Shown one piece after another: positions 58,750-64,000 of a stretch of 64,000 nt of DNA. Numbering within the stretch: the stretch's first letter is position 1; each line of letters starts with the position of its first letter. The stretch is from Planctomycetota bacterium. Lineage in GTDB: Bacteria > Planctomycetota > Brocadiia > JAADGH01. The stretch is from positions 128,001 through 192,000 of the forward strand of contig JBFMAD010000002.1 of assembly GCA_040755855.1 (NCBI GenBank). The letters run 5' to 3'. Position numbers and translations under genes: made by a program. Under the pieces are notes generated by a model, which saw only the letters and a list, made by a program, of their open reading frames with translations, did no database searches and had not been told where the DNA came from.

Positions 58750-60111
58750 CTATTTTCCCCTTCTCGATGCCAGCTTTTCCGCTGTCTTGCGAATCCCCTC
58801 GACCGTCCAGTCCAGCTCCTGCTGCGTCAGGCGGGGGTGCATGGGGAGGTTCGTCTCGCGCTTGTAGAAGAACTCCTCCGCCACGGGGCAGCAGCCGGTG
58901 ATGCCGAGTTTCTTGATCCCCGTGAAGTGATATGTCGGCTGGTAGTGTTGGATGCCCTGCACGCCGTGCTCGCGGTAGAGGGTGCGCAGGAACTCGTCCC
59001 GGTCATACACCTTTGGATCAACGAGCAGCGTATAAAGGTGATAGGCGTGCACGCAATTGGGGTCCTCATACACGCCGTTGACGCCTTTGATGCCCTTGAT
59101 GCCATCGTTGATGTAGCGGGCGTTCTGCTGCCGCTTGGCGACCATCATGTCCAGTTTCTTGAGCTGCGCCCGGCCGACGGCGGCCTGGACCTCGTTCATG
59201 CGGTAGTTGTTGCCCCAGTGGCCGTTCACATCGCTCACATCGAAGTGGGCGGGGACCCAGTAGTCGCTGTACTTGCCGTCCACGACTTTGTGCAACTTGA
59301 TGTCGCCGAAGGCGAAGTCGCGCTGGTTGGGGTCGTAGTGGGTCAGGTTCATGCACCGAAGCTGCTCGATGGGCTTCACCCATTCCTCGCGGTTGGTCGT
59401 GATCATGCCGCCCTCGCCGCAGGTGGTCATGTTCTTCAGCGAGTGGAAGCTGAAGACGCCGACGTCGCCGATGGACCCCGCCGGGCGTCCCTTGTAGTAG
59501 GCGCCGTGGGCGTGGGCGCAGTCCTCGAGAACGTAGAGGCCGTGCTTCTTGGCAATCTCCATGATCGGGTCCATGTCGCACATCTGGCCGCCATAGTGGA
59601 CGACGTAGATCGCCTTGGTCTTCGGAGTCACCTTCCGCGCGATGTCCGCCGGATCAATGTTGAAGGTCCTCCGGTCAATGTCGGCATAGACCGGCTTCAC
59701 CTTTTCCTTGAGCAGGACTAGGGTGGTGGCGATGAAGGTATTGGGCGTGATGATGACCTCGTCGCCCTCCTTGAGCTGGAAGAGCTGCGTGCAGAGGTGC
59801 ATTCCCGTCGTGCAGTTGGAGACAGCGAGGGCGTGTTTCACGCCGAACTTTTTGGCGTACTCCTCCTGAAACGCTGCCACCTGCGGTCCCATCGTCAGGG
59901 AGTCCTGCTGCATGGCCTTCCATGCGGCGTTCTTTTCGTCGTCGTCGTAGATGGACCCGAAGAAGGAATAGCGGACCTTGAGTTTCACGCCGTCGTCCAC
60001 GGCGTAGCTGGCCGTAATCCCGCCTTCGCTGTCCTCGCCGGTCACGCCGACCTTTCCCTTTTCCTGTTTCTCTTTCTTGCTCTTTCCTCTTTTCTTGTCT
60101 TTTACTGCCAT
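58750..60111 (-). CDS. DegT/DnrJ/EryC1/StrS family aminotransferase
   Basis: 'SNCT', 'TF.AT', 'VHYGG', 'EDCAHA.G', 'FSFH..KNMTT.GEGG', 'NYRM'. Confidence 0.93.
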   Translation of the reverse strand: MAVKDKKRGKSKKEKQEKGKVGVTGEDSEGGITASYAVDDGVKLKVRYSFFGSIYDDDEKNAAWKAMQQDSLTMGPQVAAFQEEYAKKFGVKHALAVSNCTTGMHLCTQLFQLKEGDEVIITPNTFIATTLVLLKEKVKPVYADIDRRTFNIDPADIARKVTPKTKAIYVVHYGGQMCDMDPIMEIAKKHGLYVLEDCAHAHGAYYKGRPAGSIGDVGVFSFHSLKNMTTCGEGGMITTNREEWVKPIEQLRCMNLTHYDPNQRDFAFGDIKLHKVVDGKYSDYWVPAHFDVSDVNGHWGNNYRMNEVQAAVGRAQLKKLDMMVAKRQQNARYINDGIKGIKGVNGVYEDPNCVHAYHLYTLLVDPKVYDRDEFLRTLYREHGVQGIQHYQPTYHFTGIKKLGITGCCPVAEEFFYKRETNLPMHPRLTQQELDWTVEGIRKTAEKLASRRGK

Positions 60112-60145
60112 GACTGATGCTCCTATTTCTGCAAGAAACAGACCC

Positions 60146-60233
60146 TTGACTTTCGTTGATTGATCTGGTAAACTTCATATAGATCAATTACAGAACACAG
60201 ATATTAGTATAATACAGATATTTAACTTGTCAA
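60146..60233. promoter_or_regulatory. Face-to-face promoters of the ROK regulator and DegT gene, with an inverted-repeat operator
   Basis: Plus TTGACT-17-TAAACT (60146-60174); minus TTGACA-16-TATACT (60233-60206); ATTGATCT-N14-AGATCAAT (60159-60188). Confidence 0.65.
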
Positions 60234-60259
60234 GTGTTAATTTAAGAAAAAAAGAAGAA

Positions 60260-61438
60260 ATCCCGAAGATCGCTCAAAACGGCACGGAGACCGCCATCCT
60301 GCGAGCCATCCGCGACGGCGCACCTATCTCCCGGTCCGGCATCGCCCAACAGACGGGAATGCAACTGGCCGCCGTATCGCGCAGCGTCACCCGCCTCATC
60401 AGGGCCGGCGTCCTCTTAGAGACCCCCCTCGCCGACGCCAACGGCCCGCGGCGCAAACGGGGCCTCAGCCTGAACCCCGCCGCCGGCCACTGCCTCTCCG
60501 TCGCCTACGATGCATCGGGCATCGAGGGCGTCGTCGTTGACGCCGCCTATGGAGTGCGACACAAGGAGAGCGTTGCAGCGCCCATCGGGGCCGCTCCCCG
60601 GCAGGAAAAAGTGGACCGCATCGCCACGTTTGTGGAGGGGCTTCGCGCCAGGGTCCCGTCATCCATCGGCGACTGTCTCGCCCTCGCGGCCGTGGACCCC
60701 GGCGTGGTGGACGAGACGACGGGCCGCGTCTTATTTTCCTCGACGATGGACGACTGGCGGGACGTTCCCATCGTCGAGATCCTACGCGACCGCCTTGGCC
60801 TCCCGATCCTGCTCCTGCAAACGAGCACGGCCACGATCCGCGCCGTGGATCACTTCGAGCTGCGCGGGGCGGCGCGAAACGCACTCTACATCGAATACTC
60901 CGAGGGCGTCGGCTGCGGGATGAAACTCGGGGGGCAGGTGGTCGCCGGGCGGTTGAACCTCGCCGGCGAGTTGGGCCACACCCGCGTCACCGACGATCCC
61001 GCGCCATGCCGGTGCGGGGCTGTCGGCTGTCTCGAGGCCGTGGCCGCCCTGCCCGCCCTGGCCCGGAAGGTGCGGGCGGCCATCGAGGAAGGGAGCCACA
61101 CCTCGCTGACCGAGCGCGAGACGGTCAGCGGCGCCGACGTCCTGGCGGCCGCGGCCGCTGGCGACCGTCTGGCGTCCCGCATCGTCGAGGAGGCATTTGG
61201 CTACGTGGGCCGAGCCGTTGGGGGGCTGGTGAATGTGCTTGCGCCGGAGATCGTAGTCATTGACAGCGCCGTGGCGGCCGCCGGGGAAGCGGCGGTCGGC
61301 GCGCTCCTTCGGGCCATTCGCAGCAACACCCTCCCCACCCATGGGGAACGGCTGGAGGTGCGGATCAGCGCGCTGGCCTCGCACACCAAGTCCCTTGGGG
61401 GCGCGGCGGCGGTGCTCGACCGCTGCCTCCAGGCCTGA
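60260..61438 (+). CDS. ROK family transcriptional regulator
   Basis: HTH 'ISR..IA..TG...A.VS..V..L'; 'G.G.G....G.....AGELGH...C.CG..GCLE'. The start is uncertain (ATC 60260 vs TTG 60227). Confidence 0.92.
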   Translation: MPKIAQNGTETAILRAIRDGAPISRSGIAQQTGMQLAAVSRSVTRLIRAGVLLETPLADANGPRRKRGLSLNPAAGHCLSVAYDASGIEGVVVDAAYGVRHKESVAAPIGAAPRQEKVDRIATFVEGLRARVPSSIGDCLALAAVDPGVVDETTGRVLFSSTMDDWRDVPIVEILRDRLGLPILLLQTSTATIRAVDHFELRGAARNALYIEYSEGVGCGMKLGGQVVAGRLNLAGELGHTRVTDDPAPCRCGAVGCLEAVAALPALARKVRAAIEEGSHTSLTERETVSGADVLAAAAAGDRLASRIVEEAFGYVGRAVGGLVNVLAPEIVVIDSAVAAAGEAAVGALLRAIRSNTLPTHGERLEVRISALASHTKSLGGAAAVLDRCLQA

Positions 61439-61443
61439 GCTGA

Positions 61444-62160
61444 CTAAATCTGGTAATCCACCTTCAGGGGGCGGGTATGGATGCCGCACTCCCCGCCGCA
61501 TTTGCTTGTGCCTATCCAGCGCCCTGCGCGCTCGTCGGCCCCGGTGGAGATATGGGTGCACGGCGCGCAACCGAGCGAGCGATACCCCTTGGCATAGAGC
61601 GGATTGACGGGCACCTGATGGATGGCGATGTACTGCCACACCTCGCGCTCGTACCAGATGAGGATGGGGTTGAGCTTGATGAGGCCCTCGTCGCGCTCCT
61701 CGACCTCCTGGAAGTCGGTCCGGGTGCGGCCCTCGGTGCAGCGCAGCCCCGTGACCCAGCACGCCACGTTCATCTCCTTGACGGCCTGTCGGGTGGGCTG
61801 GACCTTCAGGATGTCGCAGCATTGGTCGGGGTTCGTTCGGTAGAGCGCATCGGGGATGTCCTCATCATTCTTGAAAACCTGAATCTCCGGATACCGCCTG
61901 CACACGTCGCGCATGAACAGAACGGTCTCTCGCGGTTTGAACCGTGTGGTTACGACGAAGCCCCGGATTCGCGGGCTGACGCGCTTGGCCAGGTCCCACA
62001 CGACGACGGAGTCCTTCCCGAGGCTATTGGCCACCACCAATCGGTCGCCGTATGTCGCATGGGCGTCGCGGATCAGGTCCAGGGAGCGCTCCACCTTCTG
62101 GGCAAAGTTGAGGCTCTCCACCAAAGTTTTTACATCTTCTTGAACTATGTTCACTGCCAT
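61444..62160 (-). CDS. cysH: Assimilatory APS/PAPS reductase (Fe-S, APS-reductase type)
   Basis: 'SLGKDS', 'CC..LKV.P', 'WVTGLR', 'KLNPI', 'GY.SLGCAPCT', 'R.GRW...ECGIH'. Confidence 0.93.
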   Translation of the reverse strand: MAVNIVQEDVKTLVESLNFAQKVERSLDLIRDAHATYGDRLVVANSLGKDSVVVWDLAKRVSPRIRGFVVTTRFKPRETVLFMRDVCRRYPEIQVFKNDEDIPDALYRTNPDQCCDILKVQPTRQAVKEMNVACWVTGLRCTEGRTRTDFQEVEERDEGLIKLNPILIWYEREVWQYIAIHQVPVNPLYAKGYRSLGCAPCTHISTGADERAGRWIGTSKCGGECGIHTRPLKVDYQI

Positions 62161-62236
62161 GTCGTTTCTCCTTTTCTTTTTCCAAATCGTTATGCGTGGG
62201 TAAGTTTGCCGGCCTGCCCTCGACGTCCTGGGTCGT

Positions 62237-62788
62237 TCATGCCTCGACCACCGGACAGCCGGCGTGAGCGATTAAGTGATCCACCGGGGAGCCGAACAGC
62301 CGTCTCATCCACTGCGGTCTCTTTGACCTTGTCGTGACGATCAAAGTCGGGTTTTCGCGCCGGATTATCTCCAGACATTCGAGGGCAAATCGTCCCGTGA
62401 CCACGTGGGATTTCACCTGGATGCCGAGAGCTTTGGCCCTGCTCGTGATGGACTCCACAAGCGATTCTCCCTCCCGCTTGTGTTTCTTTAACAGATCGCT
62501 CTCGACGTCTTTCCTGATCCCCGAATAGGCGCCGACCTCCGTTCCCACCAAGTAACGGGCCAGGTTGACGTCCACGACGAAAACAACCGCCAGATGCCTT
62601 GCGGCCCTGGCCTTTTCGATGGCCAGGTCTATCGCCGTATCGGACTGCCGAAAGGTGGACAGGGCGAGAAAGACAGGGCTGGCGAGCGCGGGGCGCGTTG
62701 CGGCATGTGCGCCGGCGCCAATCAAGGCGAGATTTTCGCCGTGGCCCACGTCCAATGAGCCAGGTATTTCGAACGCTCCGAGTTCCAT
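62237..62788 (-). CDS. Universal stress protein (Usp)
   Basis: 'VFLA......A...A', 'V.G', 'LIV', 'FGS....L...AGCPV'. Confidence 0.85.
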   Translation of the reverse strand: MELGAFEIPGSLDVGHGENLALIGAGAHAATRPALASPVFLALSTFRQSDTAIDLAIEKARAARHLAVVFVVDVNLARYLVGTEVGAYSGIRKDVESDLLKKHKREGESLVESITSRAKALGIQVKSHVVTGRFALECLEIIRRENPTLIVTTRSKRPQWMRRLFGSPVDHLIAHAGCPVVEA

Positions 62789-62816
62789 TGGGACCTCCTT
62801 CGTTCACTCCAGAAAA

Positions 62817-63134
62817 TCAGATGTGATACTCCGGCTGCTCGGCCAGATATCTCCGTTCCGCCAAGATCCCTTCGATCAACTCATAGTCTTCCGCAGTCAG
62901 GTCGGCCCGCACGGGGATGTGGGAGAGCGGATGCCTCAGCCTCCCCCAGGTTATTCTCTCCCACAATCTCTCGTGCCAGTAGTAGAGGACCAGGCGGAGG
63001 GAATGGAAGAAGATCGTGATGCCGCCGGTGGCCTTCCAGTTCCCCGTGACGAGGTAGGTGATGGCGCCGAGGATAACGATGCCCAGTATCCGCCATGAAA
63101 GTGATTTCGCCCACGCCCGCCGCCTTGTATCCAT
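62817..63134 (-). CDS. DUF2061 membrane protein
   Basis: 'R...KS.SWR', 'Y..TG', 'YY.HER.W..I.WG'. Confidence 0.88.
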   Translation of the reverse strand: MDTRRRAWAKSLSWRILGIVILGAITYLVTGNWKATGGITIFFHSLRLVLYYWHERLWERITWGRLRHPLSHIPVRADLTAEDYELIEGILAERRYLAEQPEYHI

Positions 63135-63137
63135 ATA

Positions 63138-63161
63138 AATTCGACCGATATACTTGACTAT
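63138..63161. promoter_or_regulatory. Putative Rrf2 operator, site 2
   Basis: Reverse complement ATAGTCAAGTATATCGGTCGAATT matches 63652-63675 at 17/24 positions. Confidence 0.55.
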
Positions 63162-63190
63162 TAGGCCAAAATAAAAAACCGATGCGCCCC

Positions 63191-63643
63191 TTAGATCGTA
63201 TAGCTGGGCACGTAGCGAACGCGCCTCCGCTCCTCGTCCTCCAGAAGGTCGGCAAACGTCGTGCTATCATACACCTCCGAGATCGCCTGTTGAACCCTCT
63301 CCCACATCGGCAGGAAGACGCAGTCGCGGTGCAGCGGGCAACCCGATTTCTCCGCTCCACCCGAGACGCACTCCACCGGCCCGATGGGACCCTCCACAAA
63401 CCGAACGATTTCCCCCACTGTCAGACGTCTCGGCAGGTGTGCCAGGACATATCCCCCGCGGCTGCCCCGCTGCGACTCCACGAATCCGGCCTGTCTCAAT
63501 TCGTTCAAAATCACCTCGAGAAATCGTTTGGGAATCGCCTGCGCCTCCGCGATCTCCGCGATCGGGGCAGGTCCCTCATCGAGGCGCTTGGCCAGCTCGA
63601 AGATCGCCCGTATCGCATACTGACATTTTTGGGAAACAAGCAT
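63191..63643 (-). CDS. Rrf2 family transcriptional regulator (IscR/CymR-like)
   Basis: 'YA.RA..LA', 'IA..Q.IP..FLE.IL..L...G.V.S.RG..GGY.L'; three Cys 'C...CPL..C'. Confidence 0.95.
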   Translation of the reverse strand: MLVSQKCQYAIRAIFELAKRLDEGPAPIAEIAEAQAIPKRFLEVILNELRQAGFVESQRGSRGGYVLAHLPRRLTVGEIVRFVEGPIGPVECVSGGAEKSGCPLHRDCVFLPMWERVQQAISEVYDSTTFADLLEDEERRRVRYVPSYTI

Positions 63644-63651
63644 GTTGCACC

Positions 63652-63702
63652 ATAATCAACTAAATCAATCGGAATAGTAGCATATCCTTCGGGGTCTGTC
63701 AA
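63652..63702 (-). promoter_or_regulatory. rrf2 promoter with overlapping putative operator (site 1)
   Basis: Minus TTGACA-17-TACTAT (63702-63674) with TG extension; ATAATCAACTAAATCAATCGGAAT at 63652-63675. Confidence 0.7.
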
Positions 63703-63730
63703 GCACTTTTTAAAAAAAATTGTGAAGCCG

Positions 63731-63754
63731 CGGAAGTCTGGCGACTTCCGCTAC
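63731..63754. repeat. Solo REP (CGGAAGTCTGGCGACTTCCGCTAC)
   Basis: Identical to the other copies. Confidence 0.85.
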
Positions 63755-63766
63755 AGTGCGGGGCCT

Positions 63767-64000
63767 TCACATCCTACCGAAGGGGCACAGGCGATTGATG
63801 CCGCAGAGGTGAGAGACGGCGGCGGCGGTCACGCCGAAGAAGTAATGGGGCTTGTTTCGTTCCTGGCAGCGAATAATGACATCGTCCGCCGTGTTCCAGA
63901 CCAGGGTGGTGCCGGTGAGCAGGACGGTGTCCACACAGTCCACCAGCTCCCCGCTACGGGTATTTGCGTCCCAGATTTCAGCGCCGAACCTTGTCTGGCC
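63767..64000 (-). CDS. C-terminus of a Rossmann-like (DUF364-type) protein (partial)
   Basis: Hand translation '...GQTRFGAEIWD...DTVLLTGTTLVWNT.D...FFGVTAAAVSHLCGINRLCPFGRM*'. Confidence 0.7.
   Translation of the reverse strand, partial: GQTRFGAEIWDANTRSGELVDCVDTVLLTGTTLVWNTADDVIIRCQERNKPHYFFGVTAAAVSHLCGINRLCPFGRM

Overview
GC-rich bacterial chromosome segment, most likely from a PVC-superphylum (Planctomycetota-like) anaerobe. The lineage call is inferred from a Minf_1886-family gene next to a PSP1/RicT gene, a DUF1559-like prepilin, a Ser/Thr kinase, many secreted PQQ-propeller/CBM/DUF4838/GH16/sulfatase proteins and a tungsten-type AOR. It holds about 49 protein genes and two tRNAs (Arg-CCG, Glu-UUC). 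There are two intact toxin-antitoxin pairs, two orphan antitoxin-like genes, cofactor/nucleotide genes (cobT, purB, thiE, thiD, birA) and a sulfur-assimilation cluster (rrf2-DUF2061-usp-cysH). No CRISPR array, integrase, transposase, rRNA or phage gene is visible. The most interesting signals are: (1) three proteins of the sulfur cluster all end in a CysK-docking-like -Y-x-I tail; (2) a ~65 bp purine-rich bidirectional promoter cassette occurs twice between divergent genes; (3) three genes appear to start at ATC/ATA; (4) 7-nt tandem arrays occur both in frame inside a gene and bracketing a cupin gene; (5) a heterotypic GTAG REP/REPIN family, plus a MITE in the leader of a strongly promoted 26-aa ORF; (6) a DHOD-like/GltD/ferredoxin fusion enzyme. 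All family calls come from recognising motifs by eye; no database searches were run.
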